28,342 nucleotides of DNA from a virus (taxonomy: Duplodnaviria; Caudoviricetes). Positions 1 through 7,723 of this stretch are shown in pieces (the first letter of the stretch is position 1; the number at the start of each line of letters is the position of its first letter). The translations under genes were made by a program, and so were the position numbers. The DNA is taken from the IMG/VR virus record IMGVR_UViG_3300038675_000224, positions 1 to 28,342 of that record; one strand, given 5' to 3'. Under the pieces are notes generated by a model. It worked only from the letters and a program-made list of their open reading frames with translations, was not told where the DNA came from and ran no database searches.

Positions 1-99
1 TTCCGTGGCGGCTTCCAGTTTTTCGGCGGGGATGCCGTCGGGAACGTTGGTAATGTGGCGGTCCAGGTCGCCACCGTTGATTTTCGTGTGGTCAATCAT
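1..99 (-). CDS. Hypothetical phage protein, N-terminus only (runs off the window edge)
   Basis: ATG at 99 with a purine-rich RBS (GAAAGGGAAAAAC) overlapping the end of the upstream gene; MIDHTKINGGDLDRHITNVPDG... stays open to position 1. Confidence 0.55.
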   Translation of the reverse strand, partial: MIDHTKINGGDLDRHITNVPDGIPAEKLEAATE

Positions 100-811
100 G
101 TTTTTCCCTTTCCATTCGTTCGGTCAGCATTTGTTCCAGCCGCACGTTTTGCGCGGCCAATGCGTCTTCCCGTGCGGCGTCCTGTGCGGCAGCCTGTGCG
201 GCAGCCCATGCGGCGGCCGGTGCGACGCCCACTGCGGCAACCCCTGCGGCGGCCCATGCGGCGGCCTGTGCGACGTCCAATGCGGCAACCCATGCGGCGG
301 CCAATGCGGCAGCCCGCGCGGCGGCCCATGCGGCGGCCCGCGCGGCGGCCCATGCGGCGGCCTGTGCGGCGTCCCGTTCGGCGGCCCGTGCGGCGGCCCA
401 TGCGGCGTCTCATGCGGCGACCCTGATACTCTCGTCGCCAGTCTCCAAATACCGCCGCACAATTTCCGGCGCATCCCACAAATGTATCACATCTAGCGCG
501 CACAGCCGCTCGAAATGGCGGAGCGTGTCGGTGGCGTCGAAAATCGCAAGCGGGGTGAGGCGCGTGCAGGCGAGTTTGTCGGCGCCCTCCACGATCTCGC
601 CCTCACACGCCACGCGCGCAACAATAGCCGATTCCGCATATTGCAGCGCGTCGATTGCGCGGCGACTTGCGTGTATGCCGCGCTCGCACAATACCGGGTG
701 TCCATCGACTTCAAGCGGCACGCCCATTTCGACGGGCCGATTGTCGTCGTAGCCGAGGCACCGGCTTTCCCTTAAAAACTTCCATGCTTCAATGGGGATG
801 GTCACAGTCAT
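92..811 (-). pseudogene. Phage protein with C-terminal Ala/Trp-rich tetrapeptide repeats (AAWA/AARD), split by an in-frame TGA at 410-412
   Basis: ORFs 410..826 and 92..304 share one frame. N-terminal LCERGIHAS...DALQYA...DKL motif, then LDVIHLWDAPEIVRRYLETGDESIR followed by AA*DAAWAAARAA repeats; this architecture is common in phage early regions. ATG at 811 is coupled to the upstream stop. Confidence 0.7.
150..421. repeat. Degenerate 12-bp tandem repeat (consensus about GGCCCATGCGGC) encoding the Ala-rich tract
   Basis: Many consecutive tgcggcggccca/tgcggcggcctg/cgcggcggccca units are visible. Confidence 0.9.
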
Positions 812-993
812 GTTTCGCGCCCCCAATTTTTGACGACAATCGCCACGCGCTTGCGCGGGATGCCGTCGTCCGGCCGGTCAATCCGCACGACGCAGCCGTC
901 CAGCCGTTCTGCCTCGTGCTTGTGCTCGGCCCAGTACTCCAGCCGCGCGCGCCATTCAAGCGCGTCGGTCCAGGCTTGCTGTGTGGTGGTCAT
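808..993 (-). CDS. Hypothetical protein
   Basis: ATG at 993 overlaps the upstream TGA (ATGA); its TGA overlaps the next ATG. Confidence 0.65.
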   Translation of the reverse strand: MTTTQQAWTDALEWRARLEYWAEHKHEAERLDGCVVRIDRPDDGIPRKRVAIVVKNWGRET

Positions 994-1184
994 TTTTCGA
1001 CCCTCACAAGCACATGCCATTTTTTCAGCCCCAGCACGGGAGCAAGCCGCCGCGCGCTCCGTTCCGTGATCGTCTTGCAGCCGGCCTCCATTCCGGACAG
1101 CAAGCCGATAGATAAGCCCGTGGCGTCGCGGACCTGCTCCAGTGTCAGGCCCGCTTCAATCCTTCGTTGTCGTAATGTTTTCAT
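990..1184 (-). CDS. XRE/Cro-like helix-turn-helix regulator
   Basis: MKTLRQRRIEAGLTLEQVRDATGLSIGLLSGMEAG matches the HTH_3 pattern; strong RBS (GAAGGAAAGGAA); first gene after a consensus promoter. Confidence 0.85.
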   Translation of the reverse strand: MKTLRQRRIEAGLTLEQVRDATGLSIGLLSGMEAGCKTITERSARRLAPVLGLKKWHVLVRVEK

Positions 1185-1229
1185 GGGTTCCTTTCCTTCG
1201 GTTGAGGTTGCAATCTTCAAACTAAACGG

Positions 1230-1258
1230 ATTGTATCACAAGTTTCACGCAATGTCAA
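1230..1258 (-). promoter_or_regulatory. Sigma70-type promoter TTGACA-17-TACAAT
   Basis: Minus strand reads TTGACA ttgcgtgaaacttgtga TACAAT; TG precedes the -10; A-tract upstream of the -35. Confidence 0.85.
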
Positions 1259-1308
1259 GACTTTTTTCACCCGCGTGAAAACACTGTAAATGCAGGGCGA
1301 AACGGCGA

Positions 1309-1500
1309 TTATGTATCATTGCCATGCTTGCATCCCGTCACGGCGCGCGCCCATTTTTTAGCGTCTTCAAGCGCGGTACATGTGCCCTCGACATATAGCC
1401 CGCCGTTATGCCAGCGGTAAATTGCATAACGGTCACCGATAACAGGCAACACCTCCGCGCGTCCGTACGGACCATGACATGCGTAGACAGAGCCTTCCAT
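1309..1500 (-). CDS. Hypothetical protein
   Basis: 63-aa ORF with TAATG coupling to the upstream gene. Confidence 0.6.
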   Translation of the reverse strand: MEGSVYACHGPYGRAEVLPVIGDRYAIYRWHNGGLYVEGTCTALEDAKKWARAVTGCKHGNDT

Positions 1501-1694
1501 TATTTTATCCTCCGCGCGAACTTATCCAGTCGCGCCTGGTATTCTTCCCGCAGCCCCGCGCCGGGCTCGCGCACGTACCGACGCACGGCCCACCACGGGA
1601 CGCCGGCAGCGCGGGCTATGGCGGAGATGGTCCAGCGCGGTTCGGTGGTGGAGGCAAGGAGGGTGAGCAGGGTGGATTTGGTGTCAGGCTTCAT
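1500..1694 (-). CDS. Hypothetical protein, possible HTH
   Basis: WTISAIARAAGVPWWAVRRYVR resembles a helix-turn-helix; RBS GAGGAA upstream. Confidence 0.55.
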   Translation of the reverse strand: MKPDTKSTLLTLLASTTEPRWTISAIARAAGVPWWAVRRYVREPGAGLREEYQARLDKFARRIK

Positions 1695-2124
1695 GAGTGT
1701 GTTCCTCTATAATACTTTGGACCAGTGCTTTATATTCCGCCCGAGCAGAATCTACATCAGGCCCGTATGGTGGCCCCTGCGGATCACGAAAATAAGTTAA
1801 CGCACAGATCATATATCCTGCCGCGTCTGCTTTAGTTTTGGGCTTTGCAATATCAGGGATATCATCTTGTAGCCGATACAGATTATCTATGATCTCATTG
1901 ACTACGCCCTCATTATGTGTGAGAGCGATCTGTTCCCCCCGCTTTAATTGATCCACGATTGTCCGTAGTTTTACAGGAAGATGTATCTGTCTATCCAGAG
2001 CCGCTATCGCACAGTCTAAAAATCGACAGGACTCGCTTATCCTATATCCGTATACGTTACCTGGGAGGATATTATTTGGATCGTAGGGAGCATCCTTTTT
2101 TGTTTTGTAATGTAAGTACGTCAT
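1684..2124 (-). CDS. Hypothetical protein (AT-richer than its neighbours)
   Basis: 146-aa ORF with RBS AAGGAGA upstream of the ATG. Confidence 0.7.
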   Translation of the reverse strand: MTYLHYKTKKDAPYDPNNILPGNVYGYRISESCRFLDCAIAALDRQIHLPVKLRTIVDQLKRGEQIALTHNEGVVNEIIDNLYRLQDDIPDIAKPKTKADAAGYMICALTYFRDPQGPPYGPDVDSARAEYKALVQSIIEEHTHEA

Positions 2125-2219
2125 GATCTCGTCTCCTTTTCTTATCGCCCGCCCTTTCCCGGGGGCGGGTGGTTGTCGCGCCGGGGCGCATTAACGGGGC
2201 GCATGGCCCCGCCGCTCTG

Positions 2220-2486
2220 CTACTCGATAATAGTCCCGCGCCGCACCACATGCCGCCCGGCGGCACGCTCGCGCAACACGTCGCCGATCGCACAATAGCC
2301 GGTCTCGGCATCGCCATACGTCCCGTCCAGCATGCCCGTCTCATCGTCCAGCAGGTCCGCCCAATTACTCAAATATTTGGTGACCTCGTCGGCGGGATAG
2401 GATTCGATCAGTCCGCACACCCCGCCCTGCTCCAGGCATCCGTGGACCGTGTTTGTTGTCTCGACTTTTATGCGTTTCGTTTTCAT
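2220..2486 (-). CDS. Hypothetical protein
   Basis: 88-aa ORF; small GCCCC-AC-GGGGC hairpin and AGGAAAGAG RBS upstream. Confidence 0.65.
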   Translation of the reverse strand: MKTKRIKVETTNTVHGCLEQGGVCGLIESYPADEVTKYLSNWADLLDDETGMLDGTYGDAETGYCAIGDVLRERAAGRHVVRRGTIIE

Positions 2487-2519
2487 GTCATTCTCTTTCC
2501 TGCCCCGTGGGGCGTTGTG

Positions 2520-2906
2520 TTATTTGCGCGGGTCGTCACTTTCGCCCGCGATGATTGCCTTGGCCAGTTTGCGATATTTTGCGATCGCGCGTTTGCGGTT
2601 GCGCTTGATGTGCGCCCGCGCTTCGGGTCCGGCGAAACGGCTGAGCGGCTTGTCTTGGCGGCTGCAATTGCAGGAGCGGCAAGCGGTGATCAGGTTGCGC
2701 GGATCGTTCGAGCCGCCCTTGGAATCGGGGACCAGGTGGTCAAGCGTGATATCCGTGGGGGCGGCGCCGTGCAAATCCCTGCAGCAGTACAGGCAGGTGA
2801 AGCGGTCACGCAGGTAGATCGCCAGCCGCAAATCGGCGCGGATGCACACGCCCTTGTACTTGCCGTTCGACCGTCCGTTGTCTGCCGTTGTGCTGTGTTT
2901 GCACAT
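2520..2906 (-). CDS. HNH endonuclease
   Basis: RDRFTCLYC...TLDHLVPDSKGGSNDPRNLITACRSCN is the canonical CxxC-DH-N-CxxCN pattern; ATG 2906 follows RBS AAGGGA. Confidence 0.92.
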   Translation of the reverse strand: MCKHSTTADNGRSNGKYKGVCIRADLRLAIYLRDRFTCLYCCRDLHGAAPTDITLDHLVPDSKGGSNDPRNLITACRSCNCSRQDKPLSRFAGPEARAHIKRNRKRAIAKYRKLAKAIIAGESDDPRK

Positions 2907-2953
2907 TTTGTAATCCCTTTCTTCGGTTGCGCTCTCATTCAAATTCTATAATC

Positions 2954-2982
2954 AGTATACCATAAACTTTATACAAAGTCAA
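2954..2982 (-). promoter_or_regulatory. Sigma70-type promoter TTGACT-17-TATACT
   Basis: Minus strand reads TTGACT ttgtataaagtttatgg TATACT, with extended -10 TG and upstream A-tracts. Confidence 0.85.
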
Positions 2983-3057
2983 GTCTTTTTTCACTTATTT
3001 TTTTCGTGCAAAAAAGCCCGTAAACATTGGGCGAAACGCGCGCGGGCAACTAAAAAA

Positions 3058-3157
3058 CGCGCGAACTGACTAGTTTTATTTGTTGGTTCGCGCGAAAACT
3101 TGTAACCTAGATTACAAGTCCGGTGCTTGAAAATCCGGCGGGGCGCGCTGGATTTTC
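3058..3157. repeat. Cluster of three inverted repeats
   Basis: CGCGCGAAC/GTTCGCGCG (3058-3094); ACTTGTAA-N6-TTACAAGT (3098-3119); GAAAATCC/GGATTTTC (3129-3157). Confidence 0.8.
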
Positions 3158-3167
3158 GTGGCGACAC

Positions 3168-3329
3168 AAAAGAGACGCTGCCGTGGTGCCCCGCGCGGCG
3201 CGGTGATCAGGCGCGCATACTACGCACGGGCGGCAGCGTCGGGCTGGGGTTACGCGCCCCGGTGGAGGTCAGGGCCCGCGCGCCGAAGGGAAACGAACCA
3301 CGCGAGGGCCGGACGCGAACGCCACGGCG
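3168..3329 (-). ncRNA. Putative structured small RNA or attenuator
   Basis: Extended -10 upstream; several GC-rich stems; 10-bp stem GACGCTGCCG/CGGCAGCGTC followed by TCTTTT. No known family recognised. Confidence 0.45.
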
Positions 3330-3334
3330 CATAG

Positions 3335-3343
3335 ATTATAACA
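3335..3343 (-). promoter_or_regulatory. Extended -10 promoter TGTTATAAT
   Basis: Perfect TGnTATAAT just after the last tail-gene stop; no convincing -35. Confidence 0.55.
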
Positions 3344-3346
3344 CAC

Positions 3347-4213
3347 TCAACTTGCCGCCGAGATTGTAATGTTTCCTTTAAAATTTTCAACCGGCGGCGC
3401 CGGTTGTTCCTGATAATAAAGATGATACCTTCCTAAGCCACTGTGAGGATAAGCCCAGCTTGTCGCATACCATCCTTTATCCCCATACCATCCTAACGGT
3501 TCGTCATAAACCGTGTCGATAGGTGCAGCATCGAAAATATAGGCTAAACTTCTTACATCTTCCTCTGGGCCAAAAGAGGGAGCGTCAACGTGTGGAAGGT
3601 CGCTTATATCTATGGTCAATGGAGACTCAGAACTGTCCGTCATGGTTGCAATTATGCCATGCTTGTCTGTGCTAATCGTTCTGGTTAATCCTGGTGTCCA
3701 ATACCCTATTCTGTTAATTGTGTACCTGAAACTGCGCTTGGTTTGCGGCGTAACAAGTCCAACAGAATTCGTTCCAATTCCTGGACTTCCAGTAGCTACT
3801 ATTCTGTCCGTACACATTATAGTTGCGCCGCCGCCGAATCTACTAGAAGACCACTGTGCATACGGGTTTGTGCTGGTGTGGTAAACATATGACTGCGGCC
3901 CACCAACCGTCCTTGTATCCAATGTGCGACGAATAACCTTCTCGGAGCCGTATATAGTTTTTAAGCTAAACGTTCCGGCACTGAAAGTCCCCAAATCAAC
4001 GTAAAACTTAACCGGACCACCTGGGACCTCTGACATCCCATAGCTTGCAACTCCAAAATCATAATCAGCGGGCAGGAGTTCAGCCGTCGCCGAAATATCA
4101 TATATAGATACAGAAACTTCTATTGTTCCACTATTAAACGAAATGCCCCTCCTCACCCCGCCTGGACTACGCCGAAACACTCCACCCGGCGACCGTGTCA
4201 CACGCACTACCAT
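3347..4213 (-). CDS. Putative tail-associated or receptor-binding protein
   Basis: Last gene of the tail operon, TAATG-coupled at 4213; N-terminal RSPGGV motif twice; rich in Thr/Ser/Gly/Tyr; AT-rich body. Confidence 0.55.
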   Translation of the reverse strand: MVVRVTRSPGGVFRRSPGGVRRGISFNSGTIEVSVSIYDISATAELLPADYDFGVASYGMSEVPGGPVKFYVDLGTFSAGTFSLKTIYGSEKVIRRTLDTRTVGGPQSYVYHTSTNPYAQWSSSRFGGGATIMCTDRIVATGSPGIGTNSVGLVTPQTKRSFRYTINRIGYWTPGLTRTISTDKHGIIATMTDSSESPLTIDISDLPHVDAPSFGPEEDVRSLAYIFDAAPIDTVYDEPLGWYGDKGWYATSWAYPHSGLGRYHLYYQEQPAPPVENFKGNITISAAS

Positions 4214-5727
4214 TATTTCGTTGCTCCCCAGTGCCGTCCCGCCGCGTTCATGTCGTGCCACACATCACCCGGCGTTTTCATCAGCCACAGATATTCTCCG
4301 ACAAAATACGGGCTTGTAATTTCTTGCACCTCTTCGTCGTCGCCGTAGTCCGCGTTGCGCTGATAAGTGATATCAAGATCAGTATCATCGTAAGAGACGG
4401 ACGTGGAATCCACGTAACTAAACGTGTTACCGTCCCATGTTGACGGGCGCAACACATAGGGCTTATACACCGTTACCGCGCTTGTCTCCCATGCTGACGT
4501 TGCCCAATTATAGAGATTGCATTGTATCGTATTGCCGCCCGCATCCATCGAAGAAACTTTTGCAAGCGCAAACCACGGGATAAATTTCGTGGTGGCGAAT
4601 GTTGGCACGGTCTCAAACGCGCTGTGCTCGTGATCCTCTCGCGCTATTTTATTGCTGTCGCCCGCCGCGTTTGCCGCCGCGACCGGCTGGATGTCACTAC
4701 CGTAAAGCGCGGCAATAGCATCGTCCACAATGGGCGGCGCTTCCACCTCGATAATATCGGCTACGGCTTCTTCAAATCCGTCTATAAAATCCTCCAGCCG
4801 CTGGTCTATAACGTCTATCTCGCGATCGCCCTCCATCAAATCATCAACAATGGATACAATCGCGTCTACCAAATCCGGCGCGCGGCCGGACAGGTCAAGT
4901 GTGCTGGATACCGCAATCTGTAACGCAAGCGGGCTATGCAAATCTTGGGTGATGTCGGTGATATACAGCGTTTCGCCCGTCGGTGTCAACGTCACGGGCA
5001 TGCCCACGTTCAACATGCCGTCGTCTTCGCCGCTGATCTGCGACATGTCCACTACCTGCACGTCATACGATAATTCCGGAGTGCCTGTAATCCGGTTGTC
5101 ACGCTTGCTGTAGCCGATCATGTTCCGGTCAAGGTCAAGCGTGTACGTTCCGGCCGGGACTTTCGGGAAGCGGTTTGTATACCAGTGTAATTTCTTGTTG
5201 GTGTCCACCCACAACATGCCGCCGATGATTGCGCGGACCCGGTGCAAGGCCTCAAGCAGCGTGGCGCTGTCGATACGCAGGTCGGAATATGGGAGTGTGT
5301 AGTCGCTTTCCACGGGCGCATAGGTGCCCCAATGGATTACTGACTGCAGGGCTAGCAGGTCGTTCAGGTAGGCCCGCACGTTGATGTCCGTGCCGTCCAA
5401 TGTCGTACTTGGATAATCCGTCACCGTCGTTAGTGCAAGCGTGGACAGGTAATCGTAGCCGATCACTTCAGTTTCCGCGCGTTCACCTTCACGCTCCGCA
5501 ATCTCGGTAATCACGAACTTACGCCGCAACCCGCCCGCGTCGCCCTGGCGCAACCATACCTCGTTGCCGTGCACTATAGCCGCCGGTAACGTGGCGGTAG
5601 GCGCGGTGAATATAATCTTATCGGCGACATTGACGGCTTGCACCCATTGTCCGCTCGTAAAGTCCGTCACCGCGCCAAGCAGCACGCCCGCACTGGAGCG
5701 TATTTCTAGTCCTTGCGCGTAACTCAT
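4213..5727 (-). CDS. Tail tip/hub (Tal-like, prophage tail endopeptidase-like N-terminus) minor tail protein
   Basis: Starts MSYAQGLEIRSSAGVLLGAV at 5727 (ATGA-coupled); position after Dit and fibre; N-terminal composition typical of hub proteins. Confidence 0.65.
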   Translation of the reverse strand: MSYAQGLEIRSSAGVLLGAVTDFTSGQWVQAVNVADKIIFTAPTATLPAAIVHGNEVWLRQGDAGGLRRKFVITEIAEREGERAETEVIGYDYLSTLALTTVTDYPSTTLDGTDINVRAYLNDLLALQSVIHWGTYAPVESDYTLPYSDLRIDSATLLEALHRVRAIIGGMLWVDTNKKLHWYTNRFPKVPAGTYTLDLDRNMIGYSKRDNRITGTPELSYDVQVVDMSQISGEDDGMLNVGMPVTLTPTGETLYITDITQDLHSPLALQIAVSSTLDLSGRAPDLVDAIVSIVDDLMEGDREIDVIDQRLEDFIDGFEEAVADIIEVEAPPIVDDAIAALYGSDIQPVAAANAAGDSNKIAREDHEHSAFETVPTFATTKFIPWFALAKVSSMDAGGNTIQCNLYNWATSAWETSAVTVYKPYVLRPSTWDGNTFSYVDSTSVSYDDTDLDITYQRNADYGDDEEVQEITSPYFVGEYLWLMKTPGDVWHDMNAAGRHWGATK

Positions 5728-5882
5728 GTGGCGCCTTCCTCGTACACCCACCACTTAACGCCCGTGGTGGTGGTGCTGCCGCCTACCGATTCTTGCCACG
5801 GTAGCGGTAATTGCGGCTCGCCTGTTTCGTCGGACACGGGCGCGGACCATGCGGTGTAGTTTATTTCGCACTCATTTATCAA
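5724..5882 (-). CDS. Small hypothetical protein not in the ORF track
   Basis: TTG at 5882 with GGAG 7 nt upstream; (M)INECEINYTAWSAPVSDETGEPQLPLPWQESVGGSTTTTGVKWWVYEEGAT; its TGA overlaps the next ATG. Confidence 0.5.
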   Translation of the reverse strand: MINECEINYTAWSAPVSDETGEPQLPLPWQESVGGSTTTTGVKWWVYEEGAT

Positions 5883-6000
5883 CGGGCGGCTCCGGTTGCG
5901 GCGCGGGCTGCTCCCCCTGCACGTTCGTGATGTGCGCGTTCGCCAAAATATTCAACGCTTGAAGGATCGCGTTAAAACTTCGTTGCTGTTGTTCGTTCAT
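5872..6000 (-). CDS. Small hypothetical protein
   Basis: MNEQQQRSFNAILQALNILAN..., ATGA-coupled to the upstream gene. Confidence 0.5.
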   Translation of the reverse strand: MNEQQQRSFNAILQALNILANAHITNVQGEQPAPQPEPPVDK

Positions 6001-6194
6001 TTCTTGTCCTTTATCTTCGCCAGTTTTTCGGTCAACGCATCCAGTTTCTTTTGTGCGTTGCTCTTGATCTTCGTCGCCGCCTTCGTTGCGTCCGCATCTT
6101 GCAGCGCGTCCATCCATGCGCTTTTGTCCAGCGCGTCAAGTATCATATTCGCCGCGTCGCGTATTTCCAACGCTTGTTCCCGTAATTCGTCCAT
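5997..6194 (-). CDS. Small helical protein, possible fibre-assembly chaperone
   Basis: 65-aa helical ORF directly after the fibre gene; RBS AAGGAA. Confidence 0.6.
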   Translation of the reverse strand: MDELREQALEIRDAANMILDALDKSAWMDALQDADATKAATKIKSNAQKKLDALTEKLAKIKDKK

Positions 6195-6204
6195 GTGATT
6201 TCCT

Positions 6205-7314
6205 TTATGTTGTCGTGCTGTCGGTAATCAGGCCGTACGACGCAAGCGCGGTAAACAGCGCCTTTAGCGTCGTTTCGTTGTATGCGGATATGTCGCCCGT
6301 GATCGCGGGCTTGCTTGCGGGCGGTGTTTTGTTCCACACGCCCAGTCCTGTCGTTGCCTTGATGGAGCCGTAGCCTGTAATTGATTTGTCTTGGTCTATG
6401 CGCATCGCAACCGCCGGGGAAATCGTGGTGTTCGGACACGTTTGAAAATCCAGACGCGAGCCGCCCGCCGTGCTACTGTGCGCTTCGGTCGCACAGCAGG
6501 TAATCCGGCCCAAATAATTGAACGTTGTGCCAGTGCCCCACGCCCTGAACCACAACGCGCCCAATTCATCGCCGTTGTCCAAGTTCGCTGGGCTTGTGCT
6601 CGTACCGCGCGCCGAACAGAAATTCATGCGCCCGTGCGCTGGCGCGTCATTGTAGGAATAGAATGATATGGCCGAAGCCGCGTCGCGTTGCACGGTTAGG
6701 TCAGTATATACCGTGGTCGTGCTTCCGAACGACGCGCGCCGTGTGCCCGCCATGGCAATGTCAACCGTGGTTGAACTGCCATACAGGCCCGTGCCAACGG
6801 TCCCAAAGTTTATCGCACACGCGGCGGCGGTGCCGGCGGGGACCGTCAGGGCCGACGCGCTGAATTTGAATTTCTGGACGCCGCTTACGGTAAGCGCCCA
6901 TTCGTTCGCCGCGCTGCGATACAGCCCCGTGGTTTTGTCGGTGGACAGGTATATGGACGGTGCACCGACCGCGCCCGCGCCGGGATTACATATGTCCTGC
7001 CGCGTCTCAATGTCCTCAGCGTGCAGGTTTAGGCTCACGCGCGATCCGGCTGCCCATGTCTGCGCTAGGGTGTCCCGTTGCGCTCGGACCATCGTTGTTA
7101 CGTTTGCGCCCGTGGCGGCGGTGACTTTAACAATCTCGTTTACCATAGGATTATCGGCAAGCGAGATGGTCAGATACATCGGCGTTGATGCGGATATACC
7201 CGCAGGATATGACTTGCTCCCGGCGTCAAGCGTTATGTTTACGGCGGTGTCATCGGTATCTATGCCAGCGTCCAATGTGCCGCGCACGTTGTTTTCAAGT
7301 AGATTCCACGCCAT
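6205..7314 (-). CDS. Tail fibre / minor tail protein
   Basis: N-terminal NEIVKVT...VRAQRDT module; APSIYLSTDKTTGLYR and ARGTSTSPANLDNGDELG motifs; C-terminal ALASYGLI, all typical of trimeric fibres. Confidence 0.75.
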   Translation of the reverse strand: MAWNLLENNVRGTLDAGIDTDDTAVNITLDAGSKSYPAGISASTPMYLTISLADNPMVNEIVKVTAATGANVTTMVRAQRDTLAQTWAAGSRVSLNLHAEDIETRQDICNPGAGAVGAPSIYLSTDKTTGLYRSAANEWALTVSGVQKFKFSASALTVPAGTAAACAINFGTVGTGLYGSSTTVDIAMAGTRRASFGSTTTVYTDLTVQRDAASAISFYSYNDAPAHGRMNFCSARGTSTSPANLDNGDELGALWFRAWGTGTTFNYLGRITCCATEAHSSTAGGSRLDFQTCPNTTISPAVAMRIDQDKSITGYGSIKATTGLGVWNKTPPASKPAITGDISAYNETTLKALFTALASYGLITDSTTT

Positions 7315-7317
7315 TTA

Positions 7318-7722
7318 TTATGTTCCTCCGGCGATCGGACCCGGCGTGTCAAGGTGCCAGGTGATGGTAAATTCAACCGTGTTCATGCCAAGCGGCGCGC
7401 ATTCAATCGGTGATATGCGACGGCCCACCCAGTGGTAATTGCTTATCCCGTCAAGCGTTATAGTGCCGTTCGTTGTTACCGGCGTAGCGGCGGCAAATGA
7501 TTGAATATTGGCTATCAAATCATCCGCGTCATCCGCCGTGGCGATCACGTCCATTGTAAACTGTTGCGGGATTGCCTCATTTGTGTACGAATAGCCGCCT
7601 ACCTTGCCGGGAATATTCACGGCTTCGTGCAGGCCAACGGACGCAAACGGCCAGTTGCCGCCGATTACGGTGATGCCGTATGTCGCCATGTCCGTGCCGT
7701 TGAAAGAAAAACTATGCGCCAT
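7318..7722 (-). CDS. Distal tail protein (Dit-like)
   Basis: Begins SFSFNGTDMATYGITV; immediately follows the tape measure gene. Confidence 0.7.
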   Translation of the reverse strand: MAHSFSFNGTDMATYGITVIGGNWPFASVGLHEAVNIPGKVGGYSYTNEAIPQQFTMDVIATADDADDLIANIQSFAAATPVTTNGTITLDGISNYHWVGRRISPIECAPLGMNTVEFTITWHLDTPGPIAGGT

Positions 7723-7723
7723 G

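Noticed and set aside
150-421. Possible CRISPR array
   Set aside because: Contiguous 12-bp units with no unique spacers, inside a coding frame
5-503. Cys/Gly-rich (CGGP), Arg-rich (RRPM, protamine-like) and HGPP repeat ORFs
   Set aside because: They are alternative-frame or antisense readings of the 12-bp repeat; the Ala/Trp frame continues the real upstream gene
3280-3310. tRNA suggested by a GGTTCG motif on the minus strand
   Set aside because: No T-stem pairing, D-arm, anticodon arm or acceptor stem could be built
2520-3330. IscB/HEARO-like RNA-guided nuclease (structured RNA upstream of an HNH ORF)
   Set aside because: The HNH is only about 128 aa with no RuvC or PLMP motifs and has its own promoter between it and the RNA; no transposon ends were seen
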